Under the pieces are notes generated by a model. The model saw nothing but the letters and a program-made list of their open reading frames with translations. It made no database searches and was not told where the DNA came from. DNA of 64,000 nt from an uncultured virus (IMG/VR IMGVR_UViG_3300047094_001085) (lineage: Duplodnaviria; Heunggongvirae; Uroviricota; Caudoviricetes): IMG/VR virus record IMGVR_UViG_3300047094_001085; one strand, written 5' to 3'. Positions 16,111 to 26,537 of the stretch are shown here, piece after piece; within the stretch, counting starts at the first letter, position 1; the number at the start of each line of letters is the position of its first letter. The position numbers and the translations under genes are program-made.

Positions 16111-16506
16111 TGGTGGAAGTGCGGAGACTCGAACTCCGGTGTTACTTGTATTACCTATTAAGGACTACACGTTTAGGTCATTGTTTAAGCTAACAATCCG
16201 AAATTTCACAATTCCCTTATTTTTTGAGTGGTTCGGTTTACTGAGAACTAATCTTCCACTTGTTTCTTTTCGGGTAGAAACCACACCTTTGTAGGGACTT
16301 CTGTTGCTAGGTTATATGTCCACCGACCCCGTGTTGTGTTTCCGCTTAGGCTACTACAACTTCTTCAGCACGGATTAAACCGATAGCTGACATTTTGTCT
16401 AAAACGTTTCCGTTTACTTTTCGTACTCCATAGATTTAAGTGATAGGAAACTTCTCACTACGTGCCCCGAATAACTATTACGAATAGTCAATTCCATGTC
16501 ACTCCC
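16111..16506 (-). ncRNA. ssrA: tmRNA
   Basis: 5' GGGAGTGACATGGAATTGAC; 3' CGGAGTTCGAGTCTCCGCACTTCCACCA; G3.U70 pair; tag ORF 16411-16346; sigma-A promoter at 16521-16551; smpB nearby. Confidence 0.92.
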
Positions 16507-16583
16507 ATATTTTGATACCACAAAGATAATACATTTTTGGATAAATCCAAATAAAATTATATTTATTATTAAAATAAATATCA

Positions 16584-17951
16584 ATGCCTGACACAAAGGA
16601 TTTTCACGGGATGAAAAATATATTATTAGATAATGAAGATTGGATGGTTGTAGACCCATTGGACTACGATTCCTTTGTTTATTACGCACCGGAAAACTAT
16701 AAAGACAGATGGAATCAATTTAAAGAGGGGGACACTTATTTTATTATAGATAAAAATAAGGAACCAATTCAAACATCAGTTATTCATAAAACACAAGATA
16801 ATAAAATAGAATATTATGGTGGTGAAGCAACCAGACACAGAGAATTAAATAGAAGTGAATTTGAATCCGATTTACCGGATGAGGTTAAATCCGTTGTTGA
16901 TAATATTGTGGGTCAATCAGATGTTTACAAATTACTATTGGATGTTAAAAACGGAGAAAAAGTAACGTCTAATCAAATGCAAAGAGCTGACGACCTTGTT
17001 TGGAAGTTCATATATAATGAGAAAAATCCAACTAAAAGTATGGTTAAACTTCAGTTTGATGATATGGAGGATTATTTAAAATTATTTGATATTGACGAAT
17101 ACGATATTCCTTTTGCGGAATCGGTTTATTCTTATTATGATGGAGCCAATTTTATTGATTATGACCACGGATATAATGAATGGAATGAAGGATATCTTTT
17201 ATATCAATTTTCAGATGACAATTTAACTAAATTAAAACAAATACTTCGACTTATTAGTCCATCTACCGCTAAATTAGATACTGATGAAGACAAAGAACAA
17301 TCTAGTAAATTATTAGAGAAAATGTTTCCAAATGAGGTTGATTACATTATTACTGATTGGACTGACGAAGAAAATGCTAGTAGAAATAATGGTGCCAAAG
17401 AATGGATTGAGGGTGACGTGTGTGATTATTTTTCTAATTATGGTTTAATTAGACAAGATTGTTTTAGACAGTATTACACCACTGTGAGTATATTATTATC
17501 TTTATATAACAACGTTGGAGATAAAACATTATCTTTACGAGAAGTGTTAAAAAATATTGGTCATAGAGATAGTAATATTGGCGGATGGGATGAGAATAGG
17601 TGGGAAATTGATAGTGTCAGCTTTGATGAAAAATCATTCAATGAATCTGTGGAAAGACAACTTGATAAAATTTTTGAAAAAATAGAAGATTCTGATGAAT
17701 TTATTGATGTTTATGAATACTCTAATATATTCAATAGAATTACTAAAAATTATCATCTTAACAACAGATATGAAACTAAATCAGGTAGAGAGTTTTTTAT
17801 TAGAAAAATCGACCCGGCAACAAATAAAATTGTTGTTCAAGTGTTTAAAAAAGATGGTGGTGGATTGGAAGATAGAAGTTACACCGAAGAAGAATTTAAT
17901 AACTTTTTAGTTTCTCCCGAGTTATTTGAAGGGTTTATTAGAATAAACTAA
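16584..17951 (+). CDS. acidic hypothetical protein
   Basis: 455-aa ORF with TATTTAT upstream. Confidence 0.8.
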   Translation: MPDTKDFHGMKNILLDNEDWMVVDPLDYDSFVYYAPENYKDRWNQFKEGDTYFIIDKNKEPIQTSVIHKTQDNKIEYYGGEATRHRELNRSEFESDLPDEVKSVVDNIVGQSDVYKLLLDVKNGEKVTSNQMQRADDLVWKFIYNEKNPTKSMVKLQFDDMEDYLKLFDIDEYDIPFAESVYSYYDGANFIDYDHGYNEWNEGYLLYQFSDDNLTKLKQILRLISPSTAKLDTDEDKEQSSKLLEKMFPNEVDYIITDWTDEENASRNNGAKEWIEGDVCDYFSNYGLIRQDCFRQYYTTVSILLSLYNNVGDKTLSLREVLKNIGHRDSNIGGWDENRWEIDSVSFDEKSFNESVERQLDKIFEKIEDSDEFIDVYEYSNIFNRITKNYHLNNRYETKSGREFFIRKIDPATNKIVVQVFKKDGGGLEDRSYTEEEFNNFLVSPELFEGFIRIN

Positions 17952-17993
17952 TAAAATCTTTAATATTGTCATATTTTATATTATCTTTGTTGA

Positions 17994-18815
17994 ATGGATA
18001 GAGATTATGAATTATTAAAAGAAGTTTTGTCAGTTCCGACAAAAACATATCAAGAAGACCTTATGGTGGAGTTTCTAATCAAATGGTTAGAAGAGAATGG
18101 AATTCCATTTAATGTGGATGAACATAAAAACATTTATGCCGTAAAACAAACGGATGAATCTATTGAATATTTCCCTTGTGTTATTGCTCATACAGATACG
18201 GTTCACTCATTGGATAACATTATTATTCGTGAGGAAACATTACCTAACGAACAAAAAGTTTTAAAACCTTCCCTAAAAGCGTACAATAATTTTGGACACC
18301 CAACCGGAATTGGTGGTGATGATAAATGTGGAATCTTCGCTTGTTTGGAATTATTAAAAGAGTTACCAAATTTAAAAGCAGCATTTTTTGTTTCTGAAGA
18401 AACCGGATGTCACGGTTCTAAAAAAGCCGACCCAACATTCTTTTCAAACGTAGGATATGGGATTCAGTTTGATGCTCCGGGGAATGTAATGGTAAGTGAA
18501 TATTGTATGGGGACACAATTGTTTGAAAGGGATAGTGAATTTTTTAAAATTTGTGATGTAGCATTAAACGAAGGGTTTAACGGTAGACATGACTATCAAT
18601 CTCACCCATATACAGATGTTTACGCATTGAAGAATATCTTTGACTTCTCCTGTATCAATTTTGCGATAGGTTATTACAACTATCACACACCAAATGAATA
18701 TGTTGTTGTTGAAGATGTTTATAGCGGAATAGAGACCGGTAAAAAGATGATTGAGGGGTTAGGATATAAGAAGTATCCGTTTAAAGTTGACAGTAAATAT
18801 TTTAGAATGTTTTAA
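17994..18815 (+). CDS. M20/M28 family zinc peptidase
   Basis: AHTDTV, GGDDKCG, SEETGCHGS and YHT motifs. Confidence 0.85.
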   Translation: MDRDYELLKEVLSVPTKTYQEDLMVEFLIKWLEENGIPFNVDEHKNIYAVKQTDESIEYFPCVIAHTDTVHSLDNIIIREETLPNEQKVLKPSLKAYNNFGHPTGIGGDDKCGIFACLELLKELPNLKAAFFVSEETGCHGSKKADPTFFSNVGYGIQFDAPGNVMVSEYCMGTQLFERDSEFFKICDVALNEGFNGRHDYQSHPYTDVYALKNIFDFSCINFAIGYYNYHTPNEYVVVEDVYSGIETGKKMIEGLGYKKYPFKVDSKYFRMF

Positions 18816-18830
18816 TAAAAAAAAAGAGGA

Positions 18831-20876
18831 CTAATTGTCCTCTTTTTTCTTTCTTGTCTTTTTGGTAGGTTCAGTTTTGACTACCACTTCTTTCTCTACG
18901 GATACAAGGGTGTATGGAACGCCCTCCACCATATTTCCATTGATAATCTCTTCAGATACAAAATCTTCAATCTTATCTTGGATTGCTCTTTTAATTGGTC
19001 TCGCTCCATAGGTCTCATCGAATCCAACCTCAGAGATTAGTTCTAAAATACTTTCATCAAATGTGATATCATATTTCAACCCAACCAATCTTTTAGATAG
19101 TTTGTTCAATTCCAATTTCACAATTTTCTTAACGTCTTCTTTAACCAAAGAGTTAAAGATAACAACCTCATCAATTCTGTTTAAGAATTCCGGTGTAAAG
19201 AATTTTTTAAGTTCTTTTTTAAGAATATCACGTTTGTACTCTTCTTCAGCGTATGAAACATTTCCTGTTTTGAATCCAACACCCGAACCAAAGTCCTGTA
19301 ATTTTTTAACCCCCACGTTTGATGTCATAATGATGACACAATTTTTGAAGTTAATCTTTCTCCCCATACCATCGGTAAGGTGACCGTCGTCTAATACTTG
19401 AAGAAGTGTTGAGAAGATGTCTTTGTTTGCTTTCTCAATTTCATCAAATAGAATTACAGAATAAGGTTTGTTTTTCACTTGTTCGGTTAATTGTCCACCT
19501 TCATCGTATCCAACGTATCCCGGAGGTGCTCCAATTAATCTTGAAATGGTGTGTTTTTCTTGGTATTCAGACATATCCACACGAATCATATTATCTTCGC
19601 TACCGAACATTTGTTTGGCTAGTTGTTTTGCCAAGTATGTTTTACCAACACCTGTTGAACCTAAAAAGATGAATGAACCGATTGGTTTGTTTGGGTCCTT
19701 GATACCAATTCTGTTTCTACGGATTGATTTTGCAATCTTTGAAACTGCTTCAGATTGTCCGATAACTTTATCAGATAGATTTGTTTCCATCTCAGATAGT
19801 AGTTTGGTTTCATCCGCATTTAATTTGGTAACCGGGATTTTTGTCATATTGGAAACTACCTCATAAACTAAATCCAAAGTGATTTCTTTTTTGTGTGTAA
19901 GAAGTTCTTCTTCAAACTTTTTCTTTTCAGTTTCAAGTTTGGTTAAGATACGTTTTTCTTTATCACGTAGATTTGCTGCCTCCTCGTATCTTTGTTGTTT
20001 TACGACATCAATTTTCTCTTGTTTAATGTTTGATGCTTGTAGTTTCAATTTTTCAATTGAATCCGGCATTTTTACATCTACCTGACTTCTTGCTCCAACC
20101 TCATCAATAATGTCGAATCCTTTGTCCGGGAATTCTCTATCGGTGATATAACGGTCTGCCAAATCAACACATACTGATAGTACTTCATCGGTATAAGTTA
20201 CCTTATGGTAGTTTTCGTATTTGTCTTTTACATTTTTAAGGATGATTAATGTTTCTTCTTTGGTTGCTGCATCCACAACAACTTTTTGGAAACGTCTTTC
20301 TAACGCTCCGTCTTTCTCGAAGTTTTTTCTGTATTCATCCAAAGTGGTTGCTCCAACACATTGAATCTCTCCACGAGCAAGTGCTGGTTTAAAGATGTTT
20401 GATGCGTCCATTGAACCTGATGAATTTCCGGCTCCAACAATTGTGTGGATTTCGTCAATGAATACGATGATGTTTGGTTCGTTTTGAAGTTCTTCGATGA
20501 TGACTTTCATTCTTTCTTCAAATTGTCCACGGTATTTTGTTCCCGCAACAATTGATGTCATATCTAAGGATACAATACGTTTGTCCATTAAGTTTCTTGG
20601 ACAATCCCCATTATAAATCATAATTGCAAGACCTTCAACGATTGCGGTTTTACCACAACCAGGTTCACCAATAATGATTGGGTTATTTTTCTTTCTACGT
20701 GAAAGGATTTGTGCAATTCGAGTGATTTCTCTTTCTCTACCTACCACCGGGTCAAGTTTACCCTCTTCGGCAAGTTTAATCAAATCTCTACTAAAATTGT
20801 CTAATACGGGAGTTGATGAATCAGTTTTAACTGCTTTATTCCCACCGTTACTTCCACCATCCATAGATTCTGTCAT
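18831..20876 (-). CDS. clpC: ClpC-type AAA+ chaperone lacking the N-terminal domain
   Basis: two AAA modules ([16 protein letters not shown]); [12 protein letters not shown]-like M-domain; VGF loop. Confidence 0.88.
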   Translation of the reverse strand: MTESMDGGSNGGNKAVKTDSSTPVLDNFSRDLIKLAEEGKLDPVVGREREITRIAQILSRRKKNNPIIIGEPGCGKTAIVEGLAIMIYNGDCPRNLMDKRIVSLDMTSIVAGTKYRGQFEERMKVIIEELQNEPNIIVFIDEIHTIVGAGNSSGSMDASNIFKPALARGEIQCVGATTLDEYRKNFEKDGALERRFQKVVVDAATKEETLIILKNVKDKYENYHKVTYTDEVLSVCVDLADRYITDREFPDKGFDIIDEVGARSQVDVKMPDSIEKLKLQASNIKQEKIDVVKQQRYEEAANLRDKEKRILTKLETEKKKFEEELLTHKKEITLDLVYEVVSNMTKIPVTKLNADETKLLSEMETNLSDKVIGQSEAVSKIAKSIRRNRIGIKDPNKPIGSFIFLGSTGVGKTYLAKQLAKQMFGSEDNMIRVDMSEYQEKHTISRLIGAPPGYVGYDEGGQLTEQVKNKPYSVILFDEIEKANKDIFSTLLQVLDDGHLTDGMGRKINFKNCVIIMTSNVGVKKLQDFGSGVGFKTGNVSYAEEEYKRDILKKELKKFFTPEFLNRIDEVVIFNSLVKEDVKKIVKLELNKLSKRLVGLKYDITFDESILELISEVGFDETYGARPIKRAIQDKIEDFVSEEIINGNMVEGVPYTLVSVEKEVVVKTEPTKKTRKKKEDN

Positions 20877-20988
20877 AATTAATTGTTTTATTTAAGTATA
20901 AGGATTATTTTCACTTTTTCAAATGATTGGGACAAAAGTAATACAAATATTTGAATGGACAAAACAAATTTGAAATATATTTATTGAA

Positions 20989-21321
20989 ATGGAACATAAA
21001 AAACATTGGATGAAATATATTGATACGTTAGGTGTTGATAATGAGTTGGCTCAAACGTATTACAATTTACGTAAGGCATTTAAACGTGAAGGGTGGACTG
21101 AAGAGGATTTAAAAAGTCCCCCATATTACCCGACTGATATAATGAGAAATTTTCAAAAATTTTCAGATTTAAGAAATGAAGTATTTTTTGAGATAAAAAG
21201 TTTTTTCGGTGATGTTGACCATAATGAGTTTAGTGATTATCTTATGGATAAACTAAAAATAATCGACTTAAAAACACCTTTAGACAATGGCGGTAAAAAA
21301 AGAAATAATAGACGGGACTAA
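20989..21321 (+). CDS. hypothetical protein
   Basis: 110-aa ORF with TATTTAT upstream. Confidence 0.7.
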   Translation: MEHKKHWMKYIDTLGVDNELAQTYYNLRKAFKREGWTEEDLKSPPYYPTDIMRNFQKFSDLRNEVFFEIKSFFGDVDHNEFSDYLMDKLKIIDLKTPLDNGGKKRNNRRD

Positions 21322-21529
21322 AATCATCAATGAGATTGAGTCAACAAACATCGTAAGAACTGAATACGATACTACTACAAAAAAAATGATTGCGGAATTT
21401 AAAAATGGTACTAGATACGAATATGAAGACGTACCTCATAATGTTTATACCAAATTTAGAATGGCGGAATCTCAAGGGAAATACTTCACTACAGATATTT
21501 CTAAAAAATTCAAATACAAAAAAGTATAA
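21287..21529 (+). CDS. KTSC domain protein
   Basis: S.NI...YD...EFKNG..YEY.DVP...AESQGKYF. Confidence 0.85.
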   Translation: MAVKKEIIDGTKIINEIESTNIVRTEYDTTTKKMIAEFKNGTRYEYEDVPHNVYTKFRMAESQGKYFTTDISKKFKYKKV

Positions 21530-21559
21530 CAATTATACTTATTTAAGTATTTATTGTTA

Positions 21560-22342
21560 ATGAGTAATTTAAAAAGTATATTATCAAGCTTTCATCTACA
21601 AGATGAGTTAAATTCTAAAATTTGGGAACTACCTAATGAAAGGTATATGTCCGACCCTAAAGGTCAGGATGAAATCATGGTGCCAAAGGTTAGAGAACGT
21701 TTGTTACAAATTGCTTACGAATTCATTGACTTTATTGGTGTGGATATGGTTGTGGACGATGTTGTTATGACCGGGTCATTGGCAAACTACAACTGGTCAA
21801 AATATTCAGATATTGACTTACACATTCTTGTTGACTTCAAACAATTCTCGGAAAAAGAATTACCTCTATATCAAGAACTATTCAGATTAAAGAAAACATT
21901 ATATAACGATAAACATAATATAACCATTTTTGGTTATGATGTTGAATTATATGTTCAGGATACAAGTGAACCTCACACTAGTAGTGGTGAGTATTCTGTA
22001 TTGATGGATGAGTGGATAAGTAAGCCAAAAAAAGAGGATGTTGATATTGACACAACGTTAATCAAAACTAAATCTGAAGAATGGATGAAAATGATTGATG
22101 ATGTAATCAATGATGCTGAAGATGAAGATTCATTAGAAACTTCTAAAGAAATCATAAATAAATTCAAAGATAAACTTAAAAAATACAGAACACGAGGTTT
22201 AGAAGATGGGGGTGAATTCTCAAATGAGAACTTGGTTTTTAAAGTTTTAAGACGAAATGGTTATATTCAAAAACTATTTGATTTTCAAACAAAACACACA
22301 GATAAAAATCTTTCACTGAAAGAATTATCATATAATCAATAA
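21560..22342 (+). CDS. Pol-beta superfamily nucleotidyltransferase
   Basis: TGSLANYNW..YSDIDLH (GS...DxD) and ELYVQD motifs. Confidence 0.75.
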   Translation: MSNLKSILSSFHLQDELNSKIWELPNERYMSDPKGQDEIMVPKVRERLLQIAYEFIDFIGVDMVVDDVVMTGSLANYNWSKYSDIDLHILVDFKQFSEKELPLYQELFRLKKTLYNDKHNITIFGYDVELYVQDTSEPHTSSGEYSVLMDEWISKPKKEDVDIDTTLIKTKSEEWMKMIDDVINDAEDEDSLETSKEIINKFKDKLKKYRTRGLEDGGEFSNENLVFKVLRRNGYIQKLFDFQTKHTDKNLSLKELSYNQ

Positions 22343-22416
22343 AAATAAGACAGAATTTCAACATTTTTAATTCTGAATATATTTATATATAAAATAATTT
22401 TATAAAAAATTAACAA

Positions 22417-23763
22417 ATGGGAAATAATTTAAGACCGATTGGTAGCGAAAAATTACAAGGTATGGAGAAAATTCAACGTATCATGGAAATCGCAAAATAT
22501 AATGAAAACATACCTACACCGATAAATGAGAACACATCAGTTGACTATAATAGAACATTAGCCGATGGTAGAAATTATCAAATTATCAAAGAAAAAAACG
22601 GATATGTTATTAAAAGAAGTTTAACCGAATCTGCTGGTGATGTAGATTATTTAGAGCCAATGAAAAATAGAAAGTATTATTCTTCTTATTCACAAGCGTT
22701 CAAAAGGCTTAATTTAATTGCTAAAGAAGTTAATGTTAATGAAGGTCAAGAGGCTAACGTTAATTTATTTTACGAGAATGACGCAACAAAATATATTTTA
22801 AAAATGAAAGGTGGTGAAACTGAAGAACAAGCTGCTCCGGCACCTGCTCCAGCTCCAGCTCCAGCTCCCGCACCTGCTCCGGCACCTGCTCCTGCTCCGG
22901 CACCTGCACCCGCTCCGGCACCTGAAGACGAATTTGATATTGATGATACAGAAGAACTTGATTTAGGTGATGACGAAATGGACGCTGAAGATGACGAAAT
23001 TGTTACATTAAAAGTTATCCAAAAGTTAACAGGTAAATTAGCTCAAAAATTAAGAGCGTTTGAAGATGCTCAAGAAGACGAACCAATGACTTCTAAAGAC
23101 ATTAAATACGTTATCAACTCAATCTTATCGGCTTTAGATTTAGAATCTTTAGATGAAGAAGATAAGGAGGAGATAATGAATAAATTTGAAGGTATTGAAG
23201 CTGACGATTATTTAGGTGGTGACGATATGGATGGTGAAGATTTAACAGATGATAGTGAAGTTGAAGATATCCAAGCAGATATGGATGTAGAACCTGAAAT
23301 GGCCGAAGGATTTATGTATGATGATGTTGACGAAGATAATCCTGATGATTTTGAATTTGATTTTGAAGAAGAGGACGAATTACCTTCTCACCCAAGACAT
23401 AGAAGATTAAGACCACATTCAATGAAAGACAGCCACGCTGACCGTTTAGAAGGTATGTTTGAAGGTATGTTCACAGAATCAAAAGTTGATGAAGTATTAA
23501 GAGGTTATTTTAAAATAGACCAAAAAGAAAAACAATTAATTGAAAATAAAAAACAAAAAGTTAATTTAATTAAAGAAGATAGAAAAAATAAGATTTCTAA
23601 AATCAAACAAATTTCAGAAAGTATTTCTCAAGAAGTTGCTTCTACTAAATTAATAACAAAATATCCGGGAGCGAAATTAGTTGGTAAAACTAACAAACAT
23701 AACTTGGTATTTGAAATGGATAATAAACAGCTTAGAGTAAACACTAAAGGTGAGATACTATGA
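22417..23763 (+). CDS. acidic virion/prohead-associated protein with AP repeat
   Basis: 448 aa; (AP)n linker; D/E-rich. Confidence 0.75.
   Translation: MGNNLRPIGSEKLQGMEKIQRIMEIAKYNENIPTPINENTSVDYNRTLADGRNYQIIKEKNGYVIKRSLTESAGDVDYLEPMKNRKYYSSYSQAFKRLNLIAKEVNVNEGQEANVNLFYENDATKYILKMKGGETEEQAAPAPAPAPAPAPAPAPAPAPAPAPAPAPAPEDEFDIDDTEELDLGDDEMDAEDDEIVTLKVIQKLTGKLAQKLRAFEDAQEDEPMTSKDIKYVINSILSALDLESLDEEDKEEIMNKFEGIEADDYLGGDDMDGEDLTDDSEVEDIQADMDVEPEMAEGFMYDDVDEDNPDDFEFDFEEEDELPSHPRHRRLRPHSMKDSHADRLEGMFEGMFTESKVDEVLRGYFKIDQKEKQLIENKKQKVNLIKEDRKNKISKIKQISESISQEVASTKLITKYPGAKLVGKTNKHNLVFEMDNKQLRVNTKGEIL
22831..22923 (+). repeat. in-frame Ala-Pro coding repeat
   Basis: GCN-CCN tandem, about 15 units. 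Confidence 0.85.
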
Positions 23764-24170
23764 GTTATTTAATATATGTTAACGAATTAGGTCCAAATTA
23801 TAAAGGGGATAACATATATGAATTTATTTTCTCGGATAGTTTGGAAAACATTTGGGGTGAAAACTGGGATGCTAAACCATCCAACAGATACCCACTCCCA
23901 CCTGATTTAGAACACATAAAAAAAGTAGGAGTTTTGAAGAATGATATGATAACCATGTCAGTAATTCAAAACTCTGATTATTTTTCGATGATTGATTCTA
24001 TGGATGGGATAATTGCTTTAGGGTATGAAAATGAAAGTGATGACGTTGATTTTGATAGACAAACTAGATTAGTTTTCTCGTTTGGTGAAACTGAAGAATC
24101 GGTAAAAAATAAATTATATGAACGAGACATCGTTTTAGAATTTGAAAAAAAAGTAACATATGAACACTAA
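23760..24170 (+). CDS. hypothetical protein
   Basis: 136-aa ORF coupled to its neighbours. Confidence 0.7.
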   Translation: MSYLIYVNELGPNYKGDNIYEFIFSDSLENIWGENWDAKPSNRYPLPPDLEHIKKVGVLKNDMITMSVIQNSDYFSMIDSMDGIIALGYENESDDVDFDRQTRLVFSFGETEESVKNKLYERDIVLEFEKKVTYEH

Positions 24171-25161
24171 TCAAAAAAAATTAAAACTTGTTAAAGAAGG
24201 ATTTAGAGTATCAACTCTTCAGTACTTATCTGATAAACAAGTTAACGCGTTATATACACGTTTATTAGAGAGTAAAAAAGAACCTAACGAAGTTCAAACA
24301 GTTACTTCTACAAAAATTATTGCAACACCTGATGAGGTTAAAAAAGGTGTTTCAACTCAAGGAAAAAGTATGGCTAAAATGTTACCTGATGGTAAAATAG
24401 AATTTACTGAAGATACTCCTGTAGATAAAGATGACGAAGATAAAGGTGAGGTAAGTCAAGACCCTGTACAAGTACAAGGGCCTGATGGAATGGATGATGA
24501 TTCGGATAACCAACTTCAAGAAAAATTTGAATCTAAAAGTCAACAAAAATATTTCTTTGCAAGATGTAATGATAAAACACAATCTAAAAAAATTAGAGAT
24601 AAGTGGTGTAGAATGGCTGATGAGTTTGCTCAAGATACTAAATTTAATAAATTACCTGAAAAGAAAAAAGAACCAAAAGAAAATTTTAGTTTCGATGATT
24701 ATACTAAAAAAGTAGGTGCTGCATTGACGGGTGGAATGAAAAATAATTTGACTAAAATATCTCCAAGTGTTACTATTGGTGAAAACGAAATAGAAAAACA
24801 AATTATGAGATTAGTTGAAAAACATATAACACCTAAAATGTCTAAAAAAGATTTTTTAAGTTTAATTGGTGAGGACACAAAAACTGCTCCGGCAAAACCA
24901 AAAGTTAAACCGGGAACAAAACCGGGAACAGATTCACCATACAAACCTAAACCGGGTGTTAAACCAGCTCCTAAAGCAAAAAAAGAAATTGATGAGGATA
25001 CTAAAACGGCTCCTGTAAAACCAAAAGTTAAACCAGGGACAAGACCGGGAACTGATTCTCCATACAAACCTAAACCGGGTGCTAAACCGGCACCTAAAGC
25101 TACTAAAAAAGAATTACCTACTTGGTTATCGTTTGATAGTATAGGTCTTAAAATTGATTAA
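24160..25161 (+). CDS. hypothetical virion protein with duplicated Lys/Pro-rich segment
   Basis: 333 aa; EDTKTAP.KPKVKPGT.PGTDSPYKPKPG.KPAPKA occurs twice. Confidence 0.75.
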   Translation: MNTNQKKLKLVKEGFRVSTLQYLSDKQVNALYTRLLESKKEPNEVQTVTSTKIIATPDEVKKGVSTQGKSMAKMLPDGKIEFTEDTPVDKDDEDKGEVSQDPVQVQGPDGMDDDSDNQLQEKFESKSQQKYFFARCNDKTQSKKIRDKWCRMADEFAQDTKFNKLPEKKKEPKENFSFDDYTKKVGAALTGGMKNNLTKISPSVTIGENEIEKQIMRLVEKHITPKMSKKDFLSLIGEDTKTAPAKPKVKPGTKPGTDSPYKPKPGVKPAPKAKKEIDEDTKTAPVKPKVKPGTRPGTDSPYKPKPGAKPAPKATKKELPTWLSFDSIGLKID

Positions 25162-25163
25162 TC

Positions 25164-26522
25164 ATGAGTTTAAATATAAAAATGGAAGAGATTTTAAAAG
25201 CTAAAACAAAATTAGAAAAAAAATTATCTGAAGGTACTATCACTAAAAATGAACGTTCATTACTTAAAGAAATTAAAAGTGGTTTAGTTGAGGCACCAAT
25301 TGATTATGAAGGTCCTGAAAGAATGGAGCCGGGTATTGAAAGAAAAATTACTTCAAAACAAACACCATTTAATCAAAATCCTGCTTTACCAAAAGACGGT
25401 GATAAAGATTATATTGAAGTAATCTCGTCTAAACGTTTTAAAGATTCTGTAGACAAAGTAAGAAGATATTTGGGAGATACTACCGCAATCCAAGGAAACA
25501 ATCCAATGATGGGGTTAATGTCGACTGTAATGAGTGGTTTACAAAGAATTATACAAGTTGAATCTCAAAATAAAGAATATTTAGAAAGATTAGCAGTTAA
25601 TTTAGTTGTTAAAGAACTTGGAATTCCTGAAGGGTCTTTACAGTTTGACGCTAAATTAGTTCACGGACCTATGGCCGCTGCTCAAGGAATGCAAACAGAA
25701 CCTCAACAACCTAGTGATGAAGAAGTTAAAGACGCATTTAAAAAGGCAGAAGACCATCCTGAAGAATTAGAAGATTTTGCTGATGAGTTTGAAAAATTCA
25801 ATTTAGAAAAGGCGAAACGAAGATTAATTAATTCATTAATACAAGGAGCGGCTTTTAAAGGTGGTCATATGTATGTGTTAGTTAGTGATGAATTAAATAA
25901 TTTAGACCCTAACTTACTTAATCATTATGGTGTTACACAATCCCTTATGGAACATTTATACTGGTTATACCCGGATATGGAAGGTATGGCAGGTTCAGGT
26001 GGAGGACAAATGGGACAAAGTGAAGTTGATGATGAAACAGACCCACCAACAGTTAAAGCAAGAGCTATGACGTTTCCATTATTGGTTCACGAATTAGTAA
26101 AAGGTGTATATGAAGTATTTGGTACTCATGGTTTACCGGATGACCCAAAACAAGCTGAAATGGTTTTAGGGGCTGAAGATACATTACCTGCCGAAATATG
26201 GGATTCTAGATTAGGTCCAATATTTTGGGAAAAATTTTTAGAGGCGTATCCTGATAAATTGTTTGATGATGATATGAAACACATCCAACATTATTTATTT
26301 GTGAGATTCTCGAAACTATCAGCACAAGAGTTTTTAAGAGTAGCTAAACTAATATTAGAAGGAAACCCACAAGGTGCTCAATTTATTCAAAGAATGGTTG
26401 ACGAAATCGTTAATGATTTGAAAAAAGATGAGTATGAAGATAAAATGGGTGACGATAATGATGATGATGACTACGGTGACGACGACTTGGATGATTTTGA
26501 TTTGTCGGCACTTGGGTTCTAA
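25164..26522 (+). CDS. hypothetical protein upstream of terminase
   Basis: 452-aa ORF. Confidence 0.8.
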   Translation: MSLNIKMEEILKAKTKLEKKLSEGTITKNERSLLKEIKSGLVEAPIDYEGPERMEPGIERKITSKQTPFNQNPALPKDGDKDYIEVISSKRFKDSVDKVRRYLGDTTAIQGNNPMMGLMSTVMSGLQRIIQVESQNKEYLERLAVNLVVKELGIPEGSLQFDAKLVHGPMAAAQGMQTEPQQPSDEEVKDAFKKAEDHPEELEDFADEFEKFNLEKAKRRLINSLIQGAAFKGGHMYVLVSDELNNLDPNLLNHYGVTQSLMEHLYWLYPDMEGMAGSGGGQMGQSEVDDETDPPTVKARAMTFPLLVHELVKGVYEVFGTHGLPDDPKQAEMVLGAEDTLPAEIWDSRLGPIFWEKFLEAYPDKLFDDDMKHIQHYLFVRFSKLSAQEFLRVAKLILEGNPQGAQFIQRMVDEIVNDLKKDEYEDKMGDDNDDDDYGDDDLDDFDLSALGF

Positions 26523-26537
26523 AAACCAATCCGACTT

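Noticed and set aside
16040..16689. Track ORFs 16040-16294 and 16414-16689
   Set aside because: They overlap the tmRNA and are likely spurious.
19063..20895. Several + strand ORFs within clpC, and similar antisense ORFs in portal, scaffold and capsid genes
   Set aside because: They are antisense shadows of conserved genes.
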